A stretch of DNA of 52,966 nt from Methanotrichaceae archaeon (GCA_963813075.1 CAWEXU010000019.1:1-52966); one strand, 5' to 3'. Counted from the stretch's first letter, positions 1-9,912 are shown. A program made the numbers and translations. The notes: generated by a model from the letters alone, not told the origin.

Positions 1-493
1 CTCAGGAACGCGAGAATGGTTCGAACTCCTCCATTCCGCTTACCCAAACCTGGAGAAGATGGAGTTTGAGGTGCAGGAGTTGAGGCCTATGGACTCCTTC
101 TCCCTCAAGGGCTTTGACATCTTCGCCGAGGAGGCGCGCCACAGCGTTACCGCTCTCGCTTATCGACTGGAGGGAGAAGATCGGGTGATCGTCTACTCCG
201 GAGACACCGAGCCCTCGGCCCGGGTGGCAGCTCTTGCCGATGGCTCCGATCTGCTGATTCACGAGTGCTCATTTCCCGAGCCCTTTGATGTCACCAACCA
301 TACCACCCCCCTGAAGCTGGGCCATGTGCTTCGCAATCAGGATCTGAAAAGGGTGGTCCTCACCCACCTGTATCCCCAGGCCGAGGGTCATGAGGACGAG
401 ATGGCCCAGCAGGTGATAGAGCTCCTCCGGCGCGCCGACCATTGTGGGCTGGGATATGATGATCATGGAGATCTGATCGAAATGGAGATCTGA
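1..493 (+). CDS. Metallo-beta-lactamase fold hydrolase (RNase Z/BN-like), 5'-partial; probable +1 frameshift near 430 (corrected C-terminus ...GAPTIVGWDMMIMEI, stop about 477)
   Basis: Frame open from position 2; motifs HS...LAYRLE, VYSGDT, DLLIHECSF, NHTTP, LTHLYP typical of the RNase Z/MBL C-terminal half. Confidence 0.8.
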   Translation, partial: SGTREWFELLHSAYPNLEKMEFEVQELRPMDSFSLKGFDIFAEEARHSVTALAYRLEGEDRVIVYSGDTEPSARVAALADGSDLLIHECSFPEPFDVTNHTTPLKLGHVLRNQDLKRVVLTHLYPQAEGHEDEMAQQVIELLRRADHCGLGYDDHGDLIEMEI

Positions 494-508
494 TGGAATG
501 GAGATCCA

Positions 509-1204
509 ATGATAAAGGCGATAGCCGTTGATATTGACGGCACCCTGACCGATATGAGTCGAGTGCTCAGCCCGGCAGCCCTGGTAGCCATGAGAAGGCT
601 GAAGGTGCCGGTGATCTTGAGCACAGGAAACACCCATTGCTTTTCGAGAACTGTATCCATTCTCCTGGGCACTCCCAGGATATTCATAGCCGAGAACGGA
701 GGAGTTCTATCCTACTCGGAGGAGGAGATGGAGATCCTGGCCGATCAGCAGGTCTGCGAGGATGCTTTTTTAAGGCTGTCAGAGGAGTTTGCCCTGAAAA
801 AGTACGACTCCTCCCGGCACAAGTACCGGTTCACCGATGTCATCCTAGAGAGGGACTTCGACCTGGAGGCCCTGACGAGAAGGGCGGAGGAGCTTGGCCT
901 GCCGGTGGATATCGTCGATACCGCCTTTGCGGTTCACATCAAGGATCGAAGCGTGAACAAGGGGACCGGCCTGAAAAAAATTGCCGAGCACATGAATTTG
1001 GACCCGGCGGAGTTCGCGGCCATTGGAGACAGCATGAGCGACCGGCCGATGTTCGAGCGGGCGGGCTTTCGGGCCTCTGTGGGAAATGCCAGCCCGGAGC
1101 TTATGGAGGTCTCCGAGTACGTGGCCAAAAAGGATTTCGGCGAGGGTTTCGCCGAGATTGTGGAGCATATGATTAAAGAGAGGATGCTCTACGATAGCCT
1201 TTAG
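509..1204 (+). CDS. Phosphoglycolate phosphatase, archaeal HAD/Cof-like hydrolase
   Basis: DIDGTLT, STGN, IAENGG, NKGTGL, IGDSMSD HAD motifs. Confidence 0.85.
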   Translation: MIKAIAVDIDGTLTDMSRVLSPAALVAMRRLKVPVILSTGNTHCFSRTVSILLGTPRIFIAENGGVLSYSEEEMEILADQQVCEDAFLRLSEEFALKKYDSSRHKYRFTDVILERDFDLEALTRRAEELGLPVDIVDTAFAVHIKDRSVNKGTGLKKIAEHMNLDPAEFAAIGDSMSDRPMFERAGFRASVGNASPELMEVSEYVAKKDFGEGFAEIVEHMIKERMLYDSL

Positions 1205-1208
1205 CCAG

Positions 1209-1883
1209 TTAGCCATCCTGATCGGGCAGATTTTTCCCGGACGGCTCCATCCCGGCCAGGATCCTGGCCCAGTTGTTCTCGCAGATGATCCACCACCCAA
1301 TTGTCTCCTTGGCAAATAGACGGGCGGCAGGGCAGAAGGCGTCCACCGCCAGATTGTAGGGGAGCTGAGCTAACGGGGGATGGAGAGGATATTTGCGGCA
1401 GGTGAGGGGTCGGATCTCATAGATCTTGCATCCTTTCCGGTCATGGTCATAGAACGGGCAGGGTTGCTTGAGCACCCAGACGCCCAGAGCCTTGTCGAAT
1501 CTGGAGAGGCTCTTTAGCTTCTTTTTCCCCACCTTGGATGAAATTTTATCGAAATCCTCTTTCTCCAGGATTAGGCCGGCACCGGGAGTGTAGCAGCACA
1601 GGCCGCACTGCTGGCAATGGAACCGCTCCCAGAAGAGCTTAACTCCCAGGTCTGAGCCCTCCCTCTCATCCCGGGCGGGCAGAGGGAGGGAGATGTCAAA
1701 GGGCACCTTTTCGCCCAGATCTATCTGGCGGAACTGCTCATCCCTTTTCAGCACCGACCAGTGAGGCCGGGCTGACAAAAGCTCTCTATGGCGTTCATGC
1801 CTTTTCTCCTCCACGCAGGCAAAGCTGCAGAGCTGGTGGCAGAGCCTGCGCACCTGGTCTATCTGATCGCTGGGATCGCTCAT
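1209..1883 (-). CDS. YkgJ family Cys-cluster (CxxCxxCC) protein
   Basis: FHCQQCGLCC...CPFYD...CKIYEIRPLTCRKYP signature. Confidence 0.8.
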   Translation of the reverse strand: MSDPSDQIDQVRRLCHQLCSFACVEEKRHERHRELLSARPHWSVLKRDEQFRQIDLGEKVPFDISLPLPARDEREGSDLGVKLFWERFHCQQCGLCCYTPGAGLILEKEDFDKISSKVGKKKLKSLSRFDKALGVWVLKQPCPFYDHDRKGCKIYEIRPLTCRKYPLHPPLAQLPYNLAVDAFCPAARLFAKETIGWWIICENNWARILAGMEPSGKNLPDQDG

Positions 1884-1922
1884 CTTTGATCTTCCAATTC
1901 CTTTCTCCTTTTTCTTCTATTA

Positions 1923-1999
1923 ATACCGTCCTGACACATACCGTCCTGACACATACCGTCCTGGACACATACCGTCCTGGACACATACCGTCCTGACAC
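1923..1999. repeat. Tandem repeat, 5 x ATACCGTCCTG(G)ACAC (15-16 bp), in a divergent intergenic region
   Basis: Five head-to-tail units visible, no spacers. Confidence 0.9.
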
Positions 2000-2076
2000 T
2001 TTCGCCCCGCGTGGCTTTCATTTATCTTTCTCTGAAATGATGGCATTAATTGAGAATTCATAATTTGGTGATATAC

Positions 2077-2541
2077 ATGTCCAAGAATCCAGAAATTTCC
2101 AGGCTGGCAAATGAGCTTGCCACCCATCAGGATGCCATTCGTTCTGCCAATGAGGATCTGATCAAGCTCTCCCAGAGGTTCGGCAGGATGATGCCCCGGC
2201 TGCAGAAGCTGGATTCATCCTCTATCCTCAACTGGATGGGCCAGTACAATAAGATCAAGGATGCGGCAAGGAAAGCAGACGATGAGCTCTCGGAAATCCT
2301 GAATAGCGATGCTGTTCTTGCCAATCCCGTTCTGCAGCTGCAGGTCGGCTACCATCAGGCCCAGAGGCAGAGGCTCTACGCCAAGATGGAGGTCATGGAT
2401 GATGTTCTGAACGGCATGATGGAGGACCTTCTGGAGAATGGAGAGTTCGAGCAGACACAAAAAGAGGAGATGCGGGTCGCACTGGAAGGCACCATGGAAC
2501 GGAGTCGCAATCGCTCTGATCCGGTATCGGTCCTGGCCTGA
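2077..2541 (+). CDS. Hypothetical helical/coiled-coil protein
   Basis: ORF with GGTGA RBS before ATG 2077 and a T-tract after the stop; no recognisable motif. Confidence 0.7.
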   Translation: MSKNPEISRLANELATHQDAIRSANEDLIKLSQRFGRMMPRLQKLDSSSILNWMGQYNKIKDAARKADDELSEILNSDAVLANPVLQLQVGYHQAQRQRLYAKMEVMDDVLNGMMEDLLENGEFEQTQKEEMRVALEGTMERSRNRSDPVSVLA

Positions 2542-2627
2542 ATGATTCGGGCCGAGTCGATCTTTTTTTTATGCAGGACAAATGATTAAATGAGGAGGGA
2601 GTGACATGACTTCCAGAAGGAGAACTA

Positions 2628-2738
2628 GTCAACTACCGCGCCCTAAAGGACGCGGCTTGTGACTACGATAATGTTGTGTCACATTTGGCTGGTTGACTAT
2701 GCAGCCTACTCAGGCAAGATATACCCGCCTGAGCTATA
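2628..2738 (-). mobile_element. IS200/IS605-family right end: tnpB 3' tail remnant plus terminal hairpin (reRNA/omega-RNA-like)
   Basis: Minus strand reads IAQAGISCLSRLH/VNQPNVT (TnpB C-terminus-like) then AAGCCGCGTCCTTTAGGGCGCGGTAGTTGAC, a typical IS605-group right-end hairpin. Confidence 0.7.
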
Positions 2739-3350
2739 ATCTTTAGATGCTTACTGCACCCCTTGATCCGAATGATGGATGAGACCGTTTAGGGATTCTG
2801 ACCATCTATTCCTCAATGCCTTGGCCAATGCATTCATGGCCAGCTGGCTTCCCAAACTCCGGCCTAGATCCCAGCCGATACACTTTCTGCTAGCGAGATC
2901 CAGGATCACTGCCAGATAGATATGTTCATGCCGAAGCTGGATGTATGTGATATCCGATGTCCTGACCTGATTCAATCCGGTTACTGTTGCACTCTTCAGA
3001 AGGTTTGGATATACCGGCAGTCCATGGCTGGAATCAGTAGTTACTGGCTTGAACTTCTTTTTATGGCACAACAGGCTATCCAGATGCATGAGCCTCAGTA
3101 CTCGCTTGTGGTTAACAAGATAGCCGCGATGCTGGAGCTCTGCCGTAATCCTTCGGTAGCCGTATCCAGGAAATTCCAGAGCTATATCTTGAATCTCGTC
3201 TCTGAGAAAAGTATTTTCGTTATTCTCAGAGGTATCTGAATTCTGTTCTATTCGCCATTTGCAGTAGCCGCTGCGACTTACATCCAATACCTGACATGAT
3301 TGAGATATGGACAACTGAAGGCTGCTCGAATGAGCTTCCTGGATAATCAT
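2736..3350 (-). pseudogene. IS3 transposase OrfB (integrase core), truncated; stop codon inside HSDQGVQ*ASKDY
   Basis: YGYRRI, VNHKRV.RLM, SDITYI, YLAVILD..SR, IHHSDQG motifs; the DDE Glu region is missing. Confidence 0.9.
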
Positions 3351-3676
3351 GTACTGCCTCTTAGTGTTGGTTTCAGTCTCTCCTCTCGGACCTTCTTCTG
3401 GGTCATGGCGAACGCTTTTTTTAAAAGCTCGTTCTCGGCATGAGCCTGACCAAGCAGCCTCTCAAGCTCGGCGATCCTGGCCTCGTACTTGCACCGGTTG
3501 CCATTGCCGCTGAACGCTCTTTCGGGATTCTCGGACAGTTCATCTCGCCATCGGGATGGAAGGCTGGGGTGGACGCCATATTCGCGGGCAATCCGGGCCG
3601 GAGGTTTGCCGGACTCAAGCTCGGCTACTACTGATATCTTGAATTCTCGGTCGTAGCGCCGTCTGGTCTTTTTCAT
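3347..3676 (-). CDS. IS3 transposase OrfA (HTH plus leucine zipper)
   Basis: RRRYDREFKISVV...IAREYGVHP...RW...ELERLLGQ...ENELLKKA; ATGA overlap with orfB. Confidence 0.9.
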   Translation of the reverse strand: MKKTRRRYDREFKISVVAELESGKPPARIAREYGVHPSLPSRWRDELSENPERAFSGNGNRCKYEARIAELERLLGQAHAENELLKKAFAMTQKKVREERLKPTLRGST

Positions 3677-3737
3677 GTGATTCCCTCCATGAGTTGCCAT
3701 TGCTTAACTCATTGTCCACTCGGAGGGGTTCACTCCA

Positions 3738-4065
3738 GATTAAGCCTCAGACGAGTACAGATCTCCGTGATAATCCCGAAGAAGTCTGCCTTTAGCTTGA
3801 TCCAGAAGTCTCGATCTTCTTCTGTTGACTTTCAGCAAGCGCCACATAGATATTTCCCGATTTTTGCCCCACCGAGAAGTCCCTTCTGGCAGGTGTTGAA
3901 ACCATTATGGCTCATTGGATGGCCACATTCGGCACATAATGGCGGCACTATTTTCCGAAAGATACCGCTCGCAGTAAATTCAAAGTCGTTTGAGTAATCC
4001 TGGAAGATAGTTGAAAGCATTTCACGATACGGAAAATTTATCAAGCTTAATTGCATCTCAGTCAT
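3738..4065 (-). pseudogene. N-terminal Zn-ribbon fragment of an archaeal transposase (ISNCY/ISH6-like, family uncertain), cut by the IS3
   Basis: CAECG..MSHNGFNT...KIGKYLCGAC; frame continues past an in-frame TGA as KSTEEDRDFWIKLKADFFGIITEICTRLRLN up to the IS3 end. Confidence 0.6.
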
Positions 4066-4251
4066 TGTAGGGTCTCACAGGGTACATGATTATCATAATA
4101 TTAATAACTTATGATATAATGTGCCCTGCCTACATCACTTAATTAGGAGATTGTGCCCACCATATGAATATTGGTGCCTATGATATAAGCTTTTAGCAAA
4201 TGCAAAATGAAAGACCCAGCTCAAAGCCAACATCTTGAGCTTTAAATTGTC

Positions 4252-4479
4252 TTACCCTTCCAGGCAGAACTCTTGAGGCCATAGGCCATGCTCTTCAGTG
4301 GCCATAGAGCCAGCATCCTCAGCTTCGAAGCGACACCGGATCATCTCATCGATCTCCGAGAGCCTGACCCTGAAGACCTCTGCCAGGATCTCTTTGGCGG
4401 CCTGCAGCTCCATAGCCTCCAGATCACGGTGCACTACCTTATTTTGTGGCCTGACTAGCTGCTCCAAGACTCCTGCCAT
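4252..4479 (-). CDS. Small hypothetical protein
   Basis: ORF with host-like composition, AT-rich upstream region. Confidence 0.55.
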   Translation of the reverse strand: MAGVLEQLVRPQNKVVHRDLEAMELQAAKEILAEVFRVRLSEIDEMIRCRFEAEDAGSMATEEHGLWPQEFCLEG

Positions 4480-4617
4480 GATGAGCATTTACTACGTGCA
4501 AGGTTAAGTACTTTGGCAGGAAAACAATATCAATGAATCATTTTTACATAATAGAAAGTATGAATAAGATACAAAGAATGGAATAAAGATCTGCCAGGCA
4601 AAAGTCCGAATGCTGGC

Positions 4618-5028
4618 TTAGGAATTACCCAACAATTTCTGTGCCTTTATTCCATTGATTGTTCCTTGATCTCTAAATTCTATAAGCTCTTTAGCTTTTT
4701 TCGCCTCTTTGTCGGATTGCCAAATACTATAAATCCCAAATAAAGCATAAAGTCCGCCCAAGCCCAAGCCTAGCTCTCGATTGAAGATAGCTATCACAAA
4801 CCAGAATGCGCAGATAAATATATACATTTTAAAATGTTTTTTATTATCTTTTGCAGTATATTCTGCAGCATATATTGCACAATCGAGATGATCGCATTTG
4901 TCAGATATATTGCACTTCCTCATAATATCGAATGATGCTTCCCCGCCTACGCTATAATATAGTTTATAGGAGGTCGAATATCTTTTGATCAATCCATTCT
5001 CCAGTTCAAGATGTATGGCCATACTCAC
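4618..5028 (-). CDS. Hypothetical two-TM membrane protein, AT-rich
   Basis: Two hydrophobic segments (YIFICAFWFVIAIF; LGLGLGGLYALFGIYSIW); visibly low GC. Confidence 0.55.
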   Translation of the reverse strand: MSMAIHLELENGLIKRYSTSYKLYYSVGGEASFDIMRKCNISDKCDHLDCAIYAAEYTAKDNKKHFKMYIFICAFWFVIAIFNRELGLGLGGLYALFGIYSIWQSDKEAKKAKELIEFRDQGTINGIKAQKLLGNS

Positions 5029-5211
5029 ACCATTCTATATGAGATAATATTGATCCATTACATAAAAAATTGCCGACAATTGCTTTACCCACTGAATAAG
5101 GGAATAAGGAGTATTCCGAAGATACAGCAGTCAGGGGCTCAAAAGATAAATTTGCAAAATTTAAAATAGTGCCTATATGTCCAGGCCATAGACCTCATGA
5201 GCCTAAGGATT

Positions 5212-5407
5212 TCATTGGAGATGTGCTTCCTCCGATTGTAGCACCAGGTCAGCATCCACCGGTTCAAGATACAATTCAATCGCTTCTCGATATGTTTTTC
5301 AATGCCTCTTCGCGGGTATCGCCCTCGCTGATGCATCCAGGATGGGTAGGCACCAGCACAGAAAATCCGCCTTCCTCACTCCGTTCGGGCACCACTGTCA
5401 GTTTCAT
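5212..5407 (-). pseudogene. hicB: HicB-family antitoxin, frameshifted (not in the ORF track)
   Basis: MKLTVVPERSEEGGFSVLVPTHPGCISEGDTREEALKNI then, in a shifted frame, REAIELYLEPVDADLVLQ. Confidence 0.75.
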
Positions 5408-5717
5408 TGTATTTATCCTAATACGTCTTATTATTTGATTTTCCTGCTGGATTTTGATTCATTATTGGAGGCGGCGAAGTCTATCACGGCATGCTTCCGG
5501 TCGGGGTTCAAGTCGCAACCAGTTCGTGCCCGGATGGCGTATAATTCCATTAATATTCTCAAAGAGGGCAGAGCGTGAATAGCAGTACCTCAGCCAGACG
5601 GAAAGGGGCTCTGTTTCTCTGCATTGCCTCATCCCAGATGGCAAAGGACAATTACGTTAGGGCGTCATATGCTGAACCATGAATCCCGGCGAAGAGAAAA
5701 TCCTCTCCATAGAGCTA

Positions 5718-5947
5718 GTGAGCCGTAAATCCAGAATCTATTGCTTTTCTGTGGTTATAGAGAGGGATATAGACGGATATTTTGCATCACTCCCAGGCTG
5801 CAGGGATGCTACTCTCAGGGAGACTCATATGAAGAGGTGATGGAAAACATCAGGGATGCCATCCGGCTCCATGTAGAAGATCGATTGGATTGCGGCGAAG
5901 AGATCCCTCAAAATGAATCAATCGGCCTGACTTCGCAGCAGGCATGA
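5718..5947 (+). pseudogene. hicB: HicB-family antitoxin, frameshifted
   Basis: YCFSVVIERDIDGYFASLP / LQGCYSQGDSYEEVMENIRDAIRLHVEDRL...EEIP. Confidence 0.75.
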
Positions 5948-5998
5948 TCTCCAAAGCCCACCCATCCCTGTATCCAACGGGATCCAATCCGATCAGCC

Positions 5999-7180
5999 CT
6001 ATTCTCCCTCCAGCTCCTCCGCCCTGGCAAAGGCAGCTTTTGCCTCCTCTGTCTTCCCCAGGGCCCGCAGCAGCATTCCTTTGTTGATCCAGGCTTTCAA
6101 GTAGTCCGGGTCCAGCCTTGTGGCCTCTTCAAAGCATACCAGAGCCTCATCCAGCCTGCCCATTTCGCCCAGTGCGCTTCCTTTGTTGTTCCAGGCAGGG
6201 GCAAAGCGGGGATCAAGCCTGATCGCCTCATCGCTGGCGGCAAGGGCATCATCGAGCTTTCCCTGGGCGAGCAGAACTGCAGCCTTGCCGCTCCAGGCCT
6301 CGCCATAGCCGGGATCCAGACGGATGGCCATCTCGTAAGAAAGAATCGCCTCTTCATGATTTCCCAGCTGATATTGAGCATTGCCTTTATTATGCCAGGC
6401 GACGGCATTATCCGGATCTATCTTGATGGCCTGATCATGGCACCCGAGCGCCTCCAGGTTTCGTCCCAGATAGCCGAGGGCTACGCCCTTATTGGTCCAG
6501 GCCTCGGCATAGCTGGAGTTGATAGCTATTGCCCTATCGTAAGCTTCTATGCCCTCCTCGAACCTGCCGAGCTTGTCCAAAGCTACCCCTTTGCCATTCC
6601 AGGCCCGGGCGAGGCTGGGATCCAGACGGATGGATTCATCATAGGCTGCAATGCCCTCCTCCTCTCTGCCGGTGATGGAGAGGAATTCAGCTTTATTTGC
6701 CCATGTTTCCGCATTATCTGGATCAATACTTATGATAGTGCTGTAAACAGTGTCCAGTGATTCCAGCATCCTGCCCTGGTATAACAGAGCGAGGCCCTTT
6801 CCGGACATGGCCAGGAAGTTTTCCGGATCAAGCTCTAGAGACCTGTTGAAGGCCATTTCCGCCTCGTCGTACCGGCTCAGATTGATGAGGACAAAGCCCT
6901 TGAAGCACCAGGCATAACTGCTATTCGAGTCAAGTTCTATTGCTCTGTCACAAGCGAGCATGGCCTCATCATGCCTGCCCATGCTATCAAGAGCATAGCA
7001 TTTGAAGCTCCAGGCCGGGGAATATTGAGGATTGATGCCGATCGCTTCATCAATAGCTGCAACCGCCTCATTGTACCTGCCCTGTTTGATGAGCTCATTT
7101 CCCTCAACAATAAGGTCGTCAATGGAATTCTGACATTGTGCAGAGAATGTCAATGCCAAGAGAATTAGCCAAAACGGCAT
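5999..7180 (-). CDS. Secreted tetratricopeptide-repeat protein
   Basis: N-terminal signal peptide, then about 11 34-aa TPR units (AW.NKG.AL..LG..EEA...Y..AI..DP). Confidence 0.9.
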   Translation of the reverse strand: MPFWLILLALTFSAQCQNSIDDLIVEGNELIKQGRYNEAVAAIDEAIGINPQYSPAWSFKCYALDSMGRHDEAMLACDRAIELDSNSSYAWCFKGFVLINLSRYDEAEMAFNRSLELDPENFLAMSGKGLALLYQGRMLESLDTVYSTIISIDPDNAETWANKAEFLSITGREEEGIAAYDESIRLDPSLARAWNGKGVALDKLGRFEEGIEAYDRAIAINSSYAEAWTNKGVALGYLGRNLEALGCHDQAIKIDPDNAVAWHNKGNAQYQLGNHEEAILSYEMAIRLDPGYGEAWSGKAAVLLAQGKLDDALAASDEAIRLDPRFAPAWNNKGSALGEMGRLDEALVCFEEATRLDPDYLKAWINKGMLLRALGKTEEAKAAFARAEELEGE

Positions 7181-7460
7181 AAATTGGCTTCATAAAATAT
7201 AATAGGGATTCAAGGTAGATATACCTATTTAACCATGAAAATGTCTGATTGGAATCATATTGATGACGGGGACAGTTGTTTGTACCTCGATGACATATAA
7301 TTATGTTTAATATCAAATTAGGCCAGCGATGGATTTATCATTTAAGGAGTAAATAATAGTACTTAGATACATAAATCCATAGATTACTGCAGATAGAGCC
7401 CTATCTAATTCAGAAACGCAATGGTCAGATGCAGAAAAATGCATGCAGGAGATGCAGTAA

Positions 7461-8247
7461 ATGAGAAAGATGATTTTGCTTGTGTTGATGGTCGCCGCAG
7501 TGGCGATTTCCGGTTGCGCCCAAATGGAAGGAGACAATGATCAGTCACCGGTAAGTCGATCAGGCAGCAGTAGAGGAGGTGAGCAATGAGAGCGTGAACA
7601 TAACCAGCGGTAACATGACCTATCCCGCCTATCTTGCCGCACCGGCAAAAGAGGGCAAGTGGCCCGGGGTGGTGATGATTCACTCCTTCAATGGCCTTGA
7701 GCCCGGCTACATCTCAATGGCAGATCAATTCGCCATGCAGGGATATGTGGTCCTCGCTGTTCAGTGGCAGACCTTCAACCGCTCCCCCAGCGATGCGGTG
7801 GTGGCTGGCCTGGTGGATGATTCGGTCGCCTACCTCAAGAGCCGGGAGGATGTAGAAGGTGATCGTCTCGGGCTGACCGGATTTTGCGCCGGCGGGAGGT
7901 ATACCATGCTCCTGTTGCCGCAGATGAACCAGTCGTTCAGCTCTGGGGTGGCATGGTACGGTTTCCCCTACCGTGGGGCTGATAATCAGTCCAGACCCGT
8001 AGACTTCATATCCCAGCTTGATGATCCCATGCTCATCATCCACGGGACTTATGATCAGCCCAGCAAGATCTCCGAAATATACCAGTATGCCACAGAGCTG
8101 AATGCCACAGGGAAATACTTTGAGATGAAGGTCTACCAGGCTGAGCCGCATGGCTTCATGATCGAGGACGGCCAGCTTTCCCAGAGCTCACAGGCTAAGG
8201 ATGCCTTCTGGCAGATGATCAGCTTCTTTGATAGAACGCTGAAATAG
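7461..8247 (+). CDS. Dienelactone hydrolase family lipoprotein; probable +1 frameshift near 7553
   Basis: GFCAGG nucleophile motif, IHG..D, HGF; upstream frame MRKMILLVLMVAAVAISGC has a lipobox. Confidence 0.8.
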
Positions 8248-8358
8248 TTCAGCCAATTTTTTTATTTTTTCTAATCCCATAGTCTTTTATCTTCTTGCGC
8301 CCCAAAGCAGAGCACATTGCATTAGCTACTGGAAAGACCTTTGAGGAGGGCACTGTAT

Positions 8359-8838
8359 ATGGTCGAGGTTGGTGATATTGCACCGGATTTCTGCCTGCCG
8401 ATGGCAGCGGACAGGGAATTTTGCTTAAAAGACAGGGAGAAGGGATGGCTGGTCTTATACTTTTATCCCAAAGACAACACCAGCGGCTGCACTCGGGAGG
8501 CGGTGGACTTCACCCTCCATCAGCCGGATTTCCGCAGAGCTCGGTGCAGAGGTGGTGGGAATCAGCCGGGACAGTCCCGCCAGCCACGAGAAGTTCGCCG
8601 CCAAGCACGGCCTGGGGGTGAAGCTCTTGAGCGATCCGGACCATCTGGTCACAGAGGCTTATGGGGCCTGGGCCCTGAAGAAGATGTACGGCAAAGAGAG
8701 CTTTGGGGTTATAAGGTCCACCTTCCTGATCGACCCGGAGGGAAAGATAGCTTACATCTGGAGACGGGTCAAGGTGGACGGCCACGCGAATGCGGTAATT
8801 CGAAGAGGCTGCAAAAGCTGCAGGGCAAAAAGGACTGA
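8359..8838 (+). CDS. bcp: Peroxiredoxin Bcp/PrxQ, split by frameshifts near 8532 and 8800
   Basis: APDF.L, VLYFYPKDNTSGCTREA, GISRDS..SHEKF, RSTFLIDPEGKI across two frames. Confidence 0.85.
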   Translation: MVEVGDIAPDFCLPMAADREFCLKDREKGWLVLYFYPKDNTSGCTREAVDFTLHQPDFRRARCRGGGNQPGQSRQPREVRRQARPGGEALERSGPSGHRGLWGLGPEEDVRQRELWGYKVHLPDRPGGKDSLHLETGQGGRPRECGNSKRLQKLQGKKD

Positions 8839-8897
8839 GGCCTATAGATGCCTTAATCCCGAAAGGATCCGGGAAGGATCTATTCGACTATCACTTT

Positions 8898-9912
8898 TTA
8901 TTCACCAAAGGGAAACTCGCCTACTTTAGCGCTATTGGTGTATCCCCTCGACTCCCAGTAGCCTCTTTGCTCTCTGTCCACCACCTCAATCCCGGTTATC
9001 CATTTGCCCCATTTGTAGCCGTAACGACTCTTTGCCACCAGCTGGAGGGGAAAGCCCCTCTCTGGAGGCAGGGTTAAGTCATTTATGCCGTAGGCGAGGA
9101 GGATATCATTATCCCGGAGATAGTCAAGATCAAGGCCCGTGGAGTAGCCATCTTGAGAGTGGAATACGACATAGGTTGCATCTGGCTTCAAGCCGGAAAG
9201 GTTCAGCAGATCCTCCACCCGGAATCCGGTCCACTTGGCATCAAATCCCCATCCTTCCACGCAGGGCATATAGGCCGCTTCCGCGTAGGCGGGAAGACCG
9301 AGCAGCTCAACATAGCTCAGGCTCAATTCTCTTTTTACCAGGCCGGTGACGAGAAGCCGATAGGCACTCTGATTGATGTATTGCGTACCCTCTATGGCGT
9401 TATTTCCCTGCTCGTCCAGGGGTATCAGTCTTTTCCCCTGATACTCCCGCGCCTCCACCTCAGGCATGACCGCAGAGACGCTCTCCTGAAGAGTAAATGC
9501 GTCCGAGATCTGATGCCGGGAGCGTGGTCCTGGCTGGCGATATCTCCTGCCCTGAGAAGGCCATTCCGGAGAGGAGATAAATCCCGCTGAGGAGGGCGAG
9601 AGCAGCAGAGATTGCCGCCAGGTATCCTATCTGGCAGTGAATCTTCCTTGGAAGCGAATGGATGAGGATGCCATCCAAGAAGATCGCCAGGCTGAGCAGG
9701 AGCGCGGCCATGCCCAGCCAGGAGTGAAGAACATGAAAATCCATGGGATAAAATCGGACCTCGCCGGCGTAAAGATAGCCCGCCAGACCGAGGAGGGCGA
9801 ATAGAGCCATGGCCAGGGCAAGGCCCCTATGAGGGCGGACCCTGGTGGCAAGAAAAATGACTAACAGGGCGGAGATGGCAGAGGGAATATAATGAATTGC
9901 AGTAAAGACCAT
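8898..9912 (-). CDS. Molybdopterin-dependent oxidoreductase (sulfite oxidase/MsrP-like) with N-terminal 4-TM domain; probable single gene with +1 frameshift near 9503
   Basis: PCVEGW, WTG, DGYSTGL, LAYGIND..LPPERGFPL, YGYKWGKW, GYWESRGY; removing one G joins the TM ORF to the catalytic ORF. Confidence 0.8.

Larger units (their letters stand above)
2736..3737 (-). mobile_element. IS3-family insertion sequence, 3'-truncated
   Basis: Left end TGGAGTGAACCCC...GGACA begins at 3737; orfA/orfB pair; no right IR seen. Confidence 0.85.

Noticed and set aside
1923..1999. CRISPR array
   Set aside because: Units are contiguous, only 15-16 bp, with no spacers and no cas genes
2628..2750. 5' end of an IscB/HEARO RNA on the plus strand
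   Set aside because: The start motif is similar, but no iscB follows and the minus strand encodes a TnpB-like tail, which fits a right end better
3832..3834. Selenocysteine readthrough at the in-frame TGA of the transposase fragment
   Set aside because: Pseudogene context and fdhA here is Cys-type; a nonsense mutation is simpler
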